Under the pieces are notes generated by a model. It did no database searches, was not told the origin of the DNA, and was given only the letters and a program-made list of their open reading frames with translations. Positions 9,684 to 18,626 of a stretch of DNA of 64,000 bases are shown piece by piece. The position numbers were made by a program, and so were the translations under genes. Source of the stretch: Candidatus Pacearchaeota archaeon (GTDB lineage Archaea; Nanobdellota; Nanobdellia; Pacearchaeales; GW2011-AR1); the NCBI GenBank assembly GCA_041649045.1, contig JBAZNV010000002.1, positions 50,336 to 114,335 of the forward strand. Reading direction: 5' to 3'. Each line of letters opens with the position of its first letter. The first letter of the stretch is position 1.

Positions 9684-9962
9684 ACATATTCTTATTTAAC
9701 CATATATATAAATACTATGTTTTTATTATATATGTGTTTTTCGACCATATATTTTATATATATTTTTTTATTTTTTTTTAAATCGTTATCTTAAAATATA
9801 ATAACAAAAGATTTATAAATAAACCATGAAAAAAGTTGGTTTTTAACTAAAAATTTATGGCAAAGTTTATAAACTATTTTCAAGATAACTAAACAAGCGT
9901 TATTGTTTATCAATAATGCATTGACTAGTCAGTGTTCATACAGGGACCCTAGTAATAACAAA

Positions 9963-9987
9963 CTTATAACGCTCCCTAAGTTATAAG
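9963..9987 (+). promoter_or_regulatory. Hairpin (CTTATAAC-loop-GTTATAAG) inside GC-richer 5' leader of the S-layer-like gene
   Basis: The stem is a perfect 8-bp inverted repeat with a 9-nt loop. The ~130-nt stretch 9950-10078 is much more GC-rich than the surrounding AT-rich intergenic region. Confidence 0.35.
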
Positions 9988-10063
9988 AACCGGCCAGGCT
10001 ATTAGAAAAGTTGAACGCGAAACTCGCGGCCTTGAAGAAGGCGGCTAATCTGATAGTGCTGAA

Positions 10064-10070
10064 AGGAGGT
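10064..10070 (+). promoter_or_regulatory. Shine-Dalgarno-like RBS (GGAGGT) 8 nt upstream of ATG 10079
   Basis: The context is aaAGGAGGTtaataataATG. Confidence 0.5.
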
Positions 10071-10078
10071 TAATAATA

Positions 10079-12259
10079 ATGAATAATATATTTAGAAAAG
10101 CTATAACAGTTTTAAGTAGTGTTGCTATGGTAGGTGCTACAATAGGTGCGGCTGCTGCTGCTTCCTATCCAGACCCTTTCGTAGGAAGTACCGCTGTTGT
10201 TTATGGTGCCAATGCTGCTCCTTCTGATTTCTCCGCTGCTACAAACATAGTTGCTAATTTGAACTCAGAAAATGCTGGTTCAGTTTCGCTAACTGGTGGC
10301 GAAGGAGTAACTGAAGATCAAATTCCTCTTGGAGGAAGTATCGTTTCAGGAAAAATTCCTGCCACAATTACAGATGCAAAAGTTTCAGGTCTTCTTGATA
10401 CGAAGATTAACTGGGACGATGGAGATGGAACAGGAGCTCAGGACTACAATATACAGGAACAAATTATCCTTACTGCAACAGGCATCCAACTGAATACTAC
10501 TTTAGATGATAATGAGTATGCAGAAAAGGTTGCTTTAACAAATGATAAAGCTATAGAATACAGATATGTATTTGACGATGCTTTTAATTCAACATTTGTA
10601 GATGCAGATGCAGACACTCTTTACTTAGATCTTTTAGGAAAGAGATACGAAGTTAGTGCTATGACCGCTTCAAGTCTTACAGTAACGACTTCCGAAGAAG
10701 TTTCTCTTGCAATCGGTGAGAGCTACACTTACAAAGGAAAGACATTTACTGTAGACGATGTTTACAGCGATAAGGCACAGGTTAATGGAGAACTTATATC
10801 TACAAGTTCCTCGAAAAAAATCGATGGAATGCGAGTTTATGTTTCTTCGGTAGGTTACCACTCTAACTCTCCAGAATTAAGTAAAGTAATTTTGAAGATT
10901 GGAGAAGATATTAGTAAAACCTATTCCAGTGGAGAAGAATACGTTGGAGAAGACCCAGATGACCCAGAATGGGTTTGGACTTGGTCAAATCCAGGCGTTG
11001 CTGCAGGATACATAGGTGTTAAGTATAACTATAAACAAACAAGAGATACAGATGATGTTGTCTACGCTGGAGGGAGTTTTATCTTTCCAGAAAATTATGC
11101 TGAAGTAAAATTCGAAGGTCTAACAGACGTAGATTATAAAGACTATAAAGTCTATTTTGATCTAACAGAAGATCTTTGGAATAGTACTGACTTGACTTCT
11201 ACAGCTACTGTTCAAGATGCCCCTGTTTTAATCATCGAAGCGCTAAGTGGCGAGAAAGATGCTATTAAAATATCTGGTAATGCAGATGTTGGTGGAGGAA
11301 CGACAGTAAATATCGAAACAAATAAGATTTATCTTAGATGGGCGGTAAATCAATCCGCTACAGAATCGACTGAAGACGAAGTAGGTGTTGGGGTAGATAA
11401 TTTTGGTGGACTTGAACTCTTTTACAGCGATGTAAATGGAGATGTTTCATCATCCATAAAACCAAGGTTTGGTGCACGTTACAATTCAACTGCAGTAGCA
11501 GGAACTATATCTGAAGTAGATTTGGGAGATTTAATCGTTGGAGATACAGAAGTTCAAATTTTAGCTACAGTTGCTGATAGTGATTTGAATTTGACTTTCA
11601 TCGATGACGGTGCTGCTAACTCAATCCAGGTAGATGTGGGAGGTGTAAACTTAACACACGCTACTGGCTCTATGAAATGGTTAGGTGGGAACACTGAAAC
11701 CACAAGCAAAGAAATTGGAGAATCTACAGATATTAATGTTACAGCAGGAGGAGTACTAACCTCTATCGGGACCTATGATAATGATGTTATGACTTATAAC
11801 GGGCTTATCATAAAAACACCCGAAGCAAACGCTGACGATGATCAGGTTATAATCAGTGTTCCAAGCGACAGAGTATACGGTATAGTATCGGTACTCGCTG
11901 GTGGAAGTGCTGTTGACGGCGAAACAGGAGCTTTAGTAGTTAAGGACTCTGAAACTTCAAAAATAACCGGTAAAAACTTAATCGTTGTAGGTGGTTCAGC
12001 TATAAATGCTGTTGCTGCTGATTTATTGGGTTCTGCTTATGCAGGTGAAGCTTTCGCAGCTCAAACTGGCGTTGATGCAGGTAAATTCTTAATCCAGTCC
12101 TTTAATAGGAATGGGAAGACGGCTCTGCTTGTAGCTGGTTATAATGCTGCTGATACAGAAAAGGCCTCGCAATACTTGCTTAACAATGCAGTTGATACAA
12201 CTGTTGGGAAGAAGTATGTAGGAACTTCTGCTACTGAAGCTACTCTTGTAGTTCAATAA
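10079..12259 (+). CDS. Major secreted surface protein, putative S-layer protein
   Basis: It has a Sec signal peptide, MNNIFRKAITVLSSVAMVGATIGAAAAAS, and is Thr/Ser/Gly/Val/Asp-rich with no TM anchor. It has a strong SD and a long leader. Its codon usage shifts to GC-richer, Ala/Gly-rich codons relative to its neighbours, as expected for a highly expressed gene. A poly-T terminator follows. Confidence 0.5.
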   Translation: MNNIFRKAITVLSSVAMVGATIGAAAAASYPDPFVGSTAVVYGANAAPSDFSAATNIVANLNSENAGSVSLTGGEGVTEDQIPLGGSIVSGKIPATITDAKVSGLLDTKINWDDGDGTGAQDYNIQEQIILTATGIQLNTTLDDNEYAEKVALTNDKAIEYRYVFDDAFNSTFVDADADTLYLDLLGKRYEVSAMTASSLTVTTSEEVSLAIGESYTYKGKTFTVDDVYSDKAQVNGELISTSSSKKIDGMRVYVSSVGYHSNSPELSKVILKIGEDISKTYSSGEEYVGEDPDDPEWVWTWSNPGVAAGYIGVKYNYKQTRDTDDVVYAGGSFIFPENYAEVKFEGLTDVDYKDYKVYFDLTEDLWNSTDLTSTATVQDAPVLIIEALSGEKDAIKISGNADVGGGTTVNIETNKIYLRWAVNQSATESTEDEVGVGVDNFGGLELFYSDVNGDVSSSIKPRFGARYNSTAVAGTISEVDLGDLIVGDTEVQILATVADSDLNLTFIDDGAANSIQVDVGGVNLTHATGSMKWLGGNTETTSKEIGESTDINVTAGGVLTSIGTYDNDVMTYNGLIIKTPEANADDDQVIISVPSDRVYGIVSVLAGGSAVDGETGALVVKDSETSKITGKNLIVVGGSAINAVAADLLGSAYAGEAFAAQTGVDAGKFLIQSFNRNGKTALLVAGYNAADTEKASQYLLNNAVDTTVGKKYVGTSATEATLVVQ

Positions 12260-12275
12260 ATACAAAAGATAGGAA

Positions 12276-12311
12276 TTTTTTCCTTTCTTTTTTTCTTTTT
12301 TTCTTTTTTTT
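12276..12311 (+). terminator. Poly-T archaeal-type terminator after the S-layer-like gene
   Basis: The sequence ttttttcctttctttttttctttttttctttttttt lies immediately after stop 12257-12259. Confidence 0.5.
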
Positions 12312-12329
12312 GAAAATATTTATAAGTAA

Positions 12330-12899
12330 ATGTTTTTTAAAATAATAATGATTAGAAAAATAAAAAATCAAAATGATATTAAAAAAGCCAAAAGAAGAAA
12401 CCAAATAATACTTGGGATAATTTTAATTTTTATATTGGTTGGATCAATGCTTCTGGTTGATAAAGCAGGGGATTCCAAAGACGAAAGCAAGACAACAGAA
12501 AATGGGGTGGAGTTTTATAATATAAATGATGTTTGGCAAACACAAATCGGCCAACAGGTTTTCGCGTTTTCTTATTTGCCTTCAGAATTAGATATTGAGG
12601 CAAAGGGAGTATTTTCAATTGCAGATTATTATAGCAAGCCTATCTATTTCAACGACCTGAATAATGAGGGAGCGATAGAAATATTAATGAATATCGGAAA
12701 TTTTATTCAACGATATCAGGAAGCCTGTGAAACAGAAAATTGTGAAAAAAACTTGCCAACAAAAACCTGTGAAGACATTTTTTTTATTTTCAAAGAAGGA
12801 GAGAATTCGTCAGTCTATAAAAAAGATAACTGTGTTTATATTACAGGGGATTCAAAAAAGGGAGCCGATGCATTCCTATATAAAGCTTTAAATATTTAA
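12330..12899 (+). CDS. N-terminally anchored secreted protein (paralog pair with 12916..13614)
   Basis: A basic N-terminus is followed by the TM segment IILGIILIFILVGSMLLV. The C-terminal block ...EGENSSVYKKDNCVYITG resembles ...KGNESSVVQSPKNPYCYTIT in the next ORF. Confidence 0.4.
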   Translation: MFFKIIMIRKIKNQNDIKKAKRRNQIILGIILIFILVGSMLLVDKAGDSKDESKTTENGVEFYNINDVWQTQIGQQVFAFSYLPSELDIEAKGVFSIADYYSKPIYFNDLNNEGAIEILMNIGNFIQRYQEACETENCEKNLPTKTCEDIFFIFKEGENSSVYKKDNCVYITGDSKKGADAFLYKALNI

Positions 12900-12915
12900 T
12901 TTTACAACTATCAAA

Positions 12916-13614
12916 ATGGCAAAAAAGACAAAATCCAAAGAAAAGAATGACCAAAGGGATAATGATAGAACCGTAAAAAAATCAATTATAAAAAAAGAGA
13001 ATCGTCAACTCGCGTGGTTTATTGCAATAGTAATAGTCGGGTTTATTATTTTTTTTGGAATATATTTGTATCTTGAAAAATCAAAAGAGCCTGAAAAATT
13101 TAATTATATCGGGGTAGATTGGACAGTGGAACCCTATGAAGATTTTACAACGTATCATGCAAGATTCCAGTCTTTTGCTCACGAGAATTTAACATATAAT
13201 TTATATCTTAGAAATGACCCAAGAGAAAACAATGTTTCGGTTGATGGTAATTTGACCTATTTTAAATATGGAGGAATCCTTGCTTTTTCTCCAGAGGTTG
13301 ACGAGTGTCGAGAAGATGTCCCGATAGCGACGGTAGCTTTTGCAAGTTTTTTACAATCGGTCGTCGGGATGAGAGAAGTGATTCCTGGGACAACGGACTT
13401 TGAAGTTTACCAAGAAACTGGGAAAGTGTTTACAGATTGTTCAATTTCGAATAGAGTTGTTTTTATAATACAAAAGGGGAATGAATCCTCGGTCGTACAA
13501 TCTCCAAAGAATCCATATTGTTACACGATAACAATCAAAGATTGTGAAGATGTTCTCCCAATAGAAAAATTCATAATAGAAACAATGCGAGAACGAAATA
13601 ATAATTTAGAATAA
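12916..13614 (+). CDS. N-terminally anchored secreted protein (paralog of 12330..12899)
   Basis: A Lys-rich N-terminus is followed by the TM segment LAWFIAIVIVGFIIFFGIYLYL. It shares a Cys-containing C-terminal motif with the previous ORF. Confidence 0.4.
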   Translation: MAKKTKSKEKNDQRDNDRTVKKSIIKKENRQLAWFIAIVIVGFIIFFGIYLYLEKSKEPEKFNYIGVDWTVEPYEDFTTYHARFQSFAHENLTYNLYLRNDPRENNVSVDGNLTYFKYGGILAFSPEVDECREDVPIATVAFASFLQSVVGMREVIPGTTDFEVYQETGKVFTDCSISNRVVFIIQKGNESSVVQSPKNPYCYTITIKDCEDVLPIEKFIIETMRERNNNLE

Positions 13615-13616
13615 TC

Positions 13617-14156
13617 TTATTTTTTCTTTTCTTTAAATTCATTTCTTATATTTAATAAAAATTTTATATCAGAATAAATCGGAACAGAATTAATCCCAAA
13701 AAGTTTTGTAACAAAAAACCAAATGGCAACTACAAAAACTATTGAAACAAGGTGCCACAAAATCCAATGAATTACATTAAAATAGAAGCTGTTTGCTATT
13801 GCTATTAAAAAAACTATTCTTGAATAATTTAAAAATAATAAAATAGCCGAAGATACAATAAGCGCCAGCATTCTTTTTTTTGGAGAAATATCATTCGTTG
13901 AAAATATAAGTAAAAATAACAGAAAAAAAGCAGAACCCGCAACACAAGCAGGTACGATTTCGATATTAAAATTTGCCATCTTGATTACATTATCGATAAT
14001 AAAAACATTCGTGAACAAGCCAACAGTTTTTGAAACCAGAAAAAGAGTTGTGGGCATAAGAATCTTATAAAAAATATACAAATTCCCAGCACCAAGAAGA
14101 AGAATAAAAAAGTATCTGGCAAACATTCCTATTATTTTTTTAGACTGATAATTCAT
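13617..14156 (-). CDS. Small polytopic membrane protein, archaeosortase/exosortase-like candidate
   Basis: It has 5-6 predicted TM helices. It contains a conserved-looking Cys (EIVPACVAGSAF) and an Arg in an N-x-x-R context (FLNYSRIVF). It sits directly beside a surface protein with a C-terminal TM+basic anchor. Confidence 0.3.
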   Translation of the reverse strand: MNYQSKKIIGMFARYFFILLLGAGNLYIFYKILMPTTLFLVSKTVGLFTNVFIIDNVIKMANFNIEIVPACVAGSAFFLLFLLIFSTNDISPKKRMLALIVSSAILLFLNYSRIVFLIAIANSFYFNVIHWILWHLVSIVFVVAIWFFVTKLFGINSVPIYSDIKFLLNIRNEFKEKKK

Positions 14157-14189
14157 TAAGATTTATAAGAAACGATATTTAAAAACTTA

Positions 14190-15923
14190 TCAATAAGATT
14201 CCTTTGTTTTTCTTGTTACTTTAATAATCAAAACTATCAATATCAAAACAATTAATACACCGATTCCGATTAACAAATATAGGGATAAATTATCTATTCC
14301 ACTAAACAATCCAGAACCTTTGCTAATAATTACCGAGACTGGTTGTTCAGAAGTTTGCCCATCAGATACAGCTTTAATCTTGAATGATTTAACGCCTTCA
14401 CTATTAGGCAATAATGAAATTAAAACCTCAGCAGACTCTCCTGCTCCAATCGTCAAAAGAGAAGGATCTATTTCTTTCAATTCTGCCCATGATTCAAATT
14501 CAGAAGTAGAAATAACAAAATTTTTTTCTTCGTCAGCATTATTTTTTATTGTCACGCTAATAATCAAATCGTCTCCAACCTTTGCTTCAGAATTTAATTT
14601 CGCGTTTATTGTTGGTTCAGGAGATTGGCAACTTAAAACTTCAAGTCTTAAATTAAAATCCCTGTCAATATCTTCTGAAGTTTCATCGTATGAAGTTATT
14701 TCCCTCTCGTCCCCGTCGTTATAATCATAATAAGTTCTGACCAATAAATCGTAAACATTTTTTGATAACTGATCAGGAAGATTGAATGTAAAAGTAATTT
14801 CCTTTTTCTTTCCCGTCTTTAAATCCGATATAACCTGACTTTCTGAAATGCCAAGCTCAGAATTTTCTAACACAACCAAAACACTATCTTCATCATCCGA
14901 ACCAAGATTATAGATATCAAAATTAGCTATGATATTTTGTTCTCCGCATGTACCTAAGATTTTTAACAAGTCACTTTCAGCAAAAACAGCCGGATCATCT
15001 TCTCTTATTATTTCAATCTCATGGAAATTATCTTCATTAAAATCGCTTGAACTATCAACACACTGCGTTTCCTCGTCATTCTCCGAGTATGCTTTTACAT
15101 ATATTTTATAATTACTTTCTTCTAAATCAGCAGGCAATTCCAAAATTTTAAAAAGAGCAAACTTAGAATCTTTTTCTTTTATTCTTCCTATATCAATTTC
15201 TTCTTCATCTAAATCAAAATCAGACGTAACATCATTATTGCCTTCATCTAAAATTCTTAATTCAACAATAACATCATCTACATTTTCATTTCTGTTATTA
15301 TTTTCAATCTCAATCTCAATCTCAATGCTATCAAGCAGATTCCATTCTTCTTCATCGCCATTTCCTAAATTAGTTATATCAAAAGCGACTATTTCCAAAT
15401 CACCCGTTTCCCCAAATTCACAAGTAAAATCATTATCTTCATTATAAATACAGGATCCATCATCAACCGTAGCAGAAGAATTGTAATTTATTGCAGAAGA
15501 ATCAGTGCACCCAGGCAAACTTGTGTTCGCGTTATTTACAGTATAATAAACACTGTCGGTTGGGGTTCCCAATAATATATCTGAACTATAAACCTCTGCA
15601 CTTAACGTTCTTGATTGTGTTGCTTGTGTAGATGGAATCACGAAGCTTACCTGAAAACTTTCATTTCCGCTCACCGTTTTATTCATTTGAACAATATTGG
15701 TTCCGGACAAACTCAAATTTAAAGTTTGACTTTGGTAACTGGAATTAGAATTATTAAATTGTACATTAAAAAAAACCGTATTCCCAGAATTGCCTGATAT
15801 TCTGTTTGAAGTAGACTCGCCTGCACCAACAACCGTAATAGAAAATCCATTCTCGCTGGCAGCGCTTGCCAAACCCAAAAGTAGAACCAAACCAGCAAAC
15901 AATACCAACGTTTTTTCTATCAT
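14190..15923 (-). CDS. Acidic secreted surface protein with signal peptide and C-terminal TM + basic tail anchor (possible sortase-type substrate)
   Basis: The signal peptide is MIEKTLVLFAGLVLLLGLASAAS. The protein is very rich in D/E and N-x-S/T sequons. Its C-terminus is ...LYLLIGIGVLIVLILIVLIIKVTRKTKESY. Confidence 0.5.
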   Translation of the reverse strand: MIEKTLVLFAGLVLLLGLASAASENGFSITVVGAGESTSNRISGNSGNTVFFNVQFNNSNSSYQSQTLNLSLSGTNIVQMNKTVSGNESFQVSFVIPSTQATQSRTLSAEVYSSDILLGTPTDSVYYTVNNANTSLPGCTDSSAINYNSSATVDDGSCIYNEDNDFTCEFGETGDLEIVAFDITNLGNGDEEEWNLLDSIEIEIEIENNNRNENVDDVIVELRILDEGNNDVTSDFDLDEEEIDIGRIKEKDSKFALFKILELPADLEESNYKIYVKAYSENDEETQCVDSSSDFNEDNFHEIEIIREDDPAVFAESDLLKILGTCGEQNIIANFDIYNLGSDDEDSVLVVLENSELGISESQVISDLKTGKKKEITFTFNLPDQLSKNVYDLLVRTYYDYNDGDEREITSYDETSEDIDRDFNLRLEVLSCQSPEPTINAKLNSEAKVGDDLIISVTIKNNADEEKNFVISTSEFESWAELKEIDPSLLTIGAGESAEVLISLLPNSEGVKSFKIKAVSDGQTSEQPVSVIISKGSGLFSGIDNLSLYLLIGIGVLIVLILIVLIIKVTRKTKESY

Positions 15924-16114
15924 GTTGTAATTTCATAATTACAATACTTTATAAAACTTTCTATGATTTTATAATTTGTTAAAATTAAATTTTTAATCTA
16001 AAATATCATTTTAAATTATTAAATATATCTCAAAAATATTTATTCAAATATCATCTCCCAGCCATTTAATTTATTTACAATTAACTTTAAAAACCACTAA
16101 TTCCCCCTTAAGAT

Positions 16115-16450
16115 ATGGAAAAAAATTTGAAGCCAACATGGGTTAAGATGAAAGAATCAGATTTGAAAAAAATAATTTCAGAACTATCCGAGAAAAATTC
16201 TCCATCCCAAATCGGATTGATATTAAGAGATCAGTATGGAGTTCCAACAACAAAAGTATTCGGTAAGAAGCTGAAGAAATATTTGATCGAACTTGGCATA
16301 GAAAAAAACGAAGATCTTGAAAACGCAGAAAAAAAAGTTGAAAAAATAAAAGAACATCTTAAAAAAAATATCACAGACAGAAAAGCAAAACATAAAATTC
16401 AGAAAGCTCAAAGTAGACTTAATATAATGAAAAGATATTTCACAAAGTAA
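16115..16450 (+). CDS. rps15: 30S ribosomal protein S15 (uS15 / S13e)
   Basis: It has ...SPSQIGLILRDQYGVP...KEHLKKN..DRKAKHKI...SRLNIMKRYF, characteristic of archaeal and eukaryotic S15/S13e. Confidence 0.7.
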   Translation: MEKNLKPTWVKMKESDLKKIISELSEKNSPSQIGLILRDQYGVPTTKVFGKKLKKYLIELGIEKNEDLENAEKKVEKIKEHLKKNITDRKAKHKIQKAQSRLNIMKRYFTK

Positions 16451-16468
16451 AAGTAATTAGGAGTTATA

Positions 16469-17800
16469 ATGTTAAAAGAGGTTGAAAAATTAGCTTTAGA
16501 ATTTTTAGAATTATCTAAAAATAAAACAATAAGAATTATTAGTCATTATGATACAGACGGAATTACATCAGCTGCGATTTTAATTAAAACTCTTGTGAGA
16601 CTCGATAAAAAATTTTCCATAAAAATAATAAAGGGACTCGAAGAAGAAATAATTAAAAAAGAACTTCTAAGACAGCCCAAAGAATTAATAATTTTTAGCG
16701 ACCTTGCTTCCGGGAATCTCGAACATTTTCAAAATCTAAGAGAGCCTATTTTTATTTTGGATCATCACGAAATTAAAAAAGAAATGTTAAACGATAAAAT
16801 AAAAATTCTTAATCCTCATTTATCTGATAACCCCAAAGACAATGAATGCACAGGTGCGGGAATTTGCTATTTATTTTCACGGGCAATTTCACCCAAAAAC
16901 AGGGATTTGTCTAAATTGGCGATAATAAGCATGATAGGAGACAGGCAGGAGTCCGAACTTTCTAAAATAAATCAACAGATAATTAATGATAACACAGACT
17001 TGACAATTAAAAAAGGAGTAGTGCTTTACCCGGCTACAAGACCCCTGAGAAGAACACTCGAATATTCAACTTCGCCTTATATCCCAGGAGTTACAGGAAA
17101 TGGTATTGGCGTGATAGAAATTTTAAGAGAGACAGGAATACCATTTGAAAAAACTCTTCTCGAATTAAATGAGGCCGAAACATCAAAATTAATTACAGCG
17201 ATAATGATAAGAAGAGCGAATTTTAGGGAAGAAAGCATTTTAGGGAATTTATTCATATTGAAATTTTTCAACACAAAAGAAGATGTGAGAGAAATCTCTC
17301 TTTTGATAAACTCATGTTCAAGATTGGGCTACAGCGACATAGCAATATACTATTGTCTTGAAAATGAAAATGCAAAATCAAGGGCATTGGATATATACAC
17401 GGAATATAAACAAGAACTTGTTTCTGGTTTAAGGGCAGCCGAAAAAATGGACAAAATAAAGGGAGACGGATTTGTTATTTTAAATGCCAAAAACCAAATT
17501 AAAGATGTTATCGTAGGAACAATTTGTTCGATGCTATCATCATCAAATACATATAAAGAAGGAACAATATTAATAGGAATGGCTTACAATGAAGACAAAA
17601 TAAAAATCTCAGCAAGAATTGTTGGACGCGAAGGAAGAAATTTGAAAGAAATTCTTGAAAAAACAGTCGTAGAATTTAAACTGCAATACCCCGGGACAAA
17701 TGCAGAAGTTGGCGGTCATCATTATGCCGCAGGTTGCTCGATAGAAAAAGAAAAAGAAGAAAGTTTTATAGAAACCTTGAAAAAAAATTTAATTGTTTAA
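16469..17800 (+). CDS. RecJ-like DHH-family phosphoesterase (GAN/Cdc45-like)
   Basis: It has the DHH motifs ISHYDTDGITSAAIL and ILDHHEI, plus a DHHA1-like C-terminus with GGHHYAAG. Adjacency to rps15 is typical of archaeal recJ-like genes. Confidence 0.6.
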   Translation: MLKEVEKLALEFLELSKNKTIRIISHYDTDGITSAAILIKTLVRLDKKFSIKIIKGLEEEIIKKELLRQPKELIIFSDLASGNLEHFQNLREPIFILDHHEIKKEMLNDKIKILNPHLSDNPKDNECTGAGICYLFSRAISPKNRDLSKLAIISMIGDRQESELSKINQQIINDNTDLTIKKGVVLYPATRPLRRTLEYSTSPYIPGVTGNGIGVIEILRETGIPFEKTLLELNEAETSKLITAIMIRRANFREESILGNLFILKFFNTKEDVREISLLINSCSRLGYSDIAIYYCLENENAKSRALDIYTEYKQELVSGLRAAEKMDKIKGDGFVILNAKNQIKDVIVGTICSMLSSSNTYKEGTILIGMAYNEDKIKISARIVGREGRNLKEILEKTVVEFKLQYPGTNAEVGGHHYAAGCSIEKEKEESFIETLKKNLIV

Positions 17801-18406
17801 TTAATCAGATTCTTGAAAGGCCAAAGTAATAGTATCAGACAGATTTCCCGTGTTTGAATCATAAGAGATTGTTAAATTTAAATCAAAAAGAATATTTTTT
17901 CCGGGAACAAAATATTTGCATATATTGACAGAAACCCCTTCGGATGGAAATTCGTAAAAATTATCAAGATCAAATCCCGAGGGAGGAACGCATGCGTTTT
18001 CGTCTATATTAGATATTTTGTATTGATAAGAAGAGTTCGTTCCTCCAATAAAGGTTGTAGCGTTTTTTAAGGAAGAAAAATTTAAGCTTAGATTTATGTT
18101 TCCTATGTTTTCAATGACAAACCCTGAACTAACGGGATCCCAGCTTCCATTAATTACATTCCCCATTGTGTCTATAATCGCCTTCGTCGCATTTTCACTT
18201 ACAACTCCACTTCCCCAATCAACATTATCAATAGTAAAATTTACCAAAACTATTTGTTCAATGCTTATATTAATATTCCCCGTGCTGACGGATTTTCCCG
18301 TAATTTTTATTAAATCGTAAAGCGAATTGCAAGTCCCGACAAAAATAAATAAGCTGAAAATAAATATCATGATTGAAAAAACAAACAATATATTATCTTT
18401 TTTCAT
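17801..18406 (-). CDS. Secreted hypothetical protein (signal peptide)
   Basis: The N-terminus MKKDNILFVFSIMIFIFSLFIFVGTCNS is followed by an N-glycosylation-sequon-rich sequence. Confidence 0.35.
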   Translation of the reverse strand: MKKDNILFVFSIMIFIFSLFIFVGTCNSLYDLIKITGKSVSTGNINISIEQIVLVNFTIDNVDWGSGVVSENATKAIIDTMGNVINGSWDPVSSGFVIENIGNINLSLNFSSLKNATTFIGGTNSSYQYKISNIDENACVPPSGFDLDNFYEFPSEGVSVNICKYFVPGKNILFDLNLTISYDSNTGNLSDTITLAFQESD

Positions 18407-18581
18407 CTAAAAAATTCCTCCCCTCAGGCAGATTTTTTTCACACAAATTTTCGGAAAAGTCTTCTCTTGTATTTTTTTCATCGTCATCATCATCAATATA
18501 AAAATTTAAAACAAAACAAAAAAATAATAAAGAAATCGATAATATAATTAATAAAATTCCGATTGCTTCCCTCTTTCTCAT
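18393..18581 (-). CDS. Small single-TM membrane protein (hypothetical)
   Basis: A TM segment (IGILLIILSISLLFFCFVLNFYI) is followed by a poly-Asp acidic tail. Confidence 0.25.
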   Translation of the reverse strand: MRKREAIGILLIILSISLLFFCFVLNFYIDDDDDEKNTREDFSENLCEKNLPEGRNFLDEKR

Positions 18582-18626
18582 TAGTTAAAGATGAAATAAA
18601 ATTATATAAAGATTACTAATAATTTA

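Noticed and set aside
9950-10078. GC-richer ~130-nt island upstream of the S-layer-like gene, considered as a structured ncRNA (SRP, RNase P or a riboswitch).
   Set aside because: It is too short for SRP or RNase P RNA and has no recognisable conserved motifs. It is contiguous with a strong SD and start codon. It is more economically explained as a structured 5' UTR of a highly expressed gene.
15304-15326. Hexanucleotide tandem repeat (tcaatc)x4, considered as a CRISPR or microsatellite element.
   Set aside because: It lies inside a coding region and encodes an IEIEIEIE acidic stretch. It has no spacer structure. It is a coding low-complexity repeat, not CRISPR.
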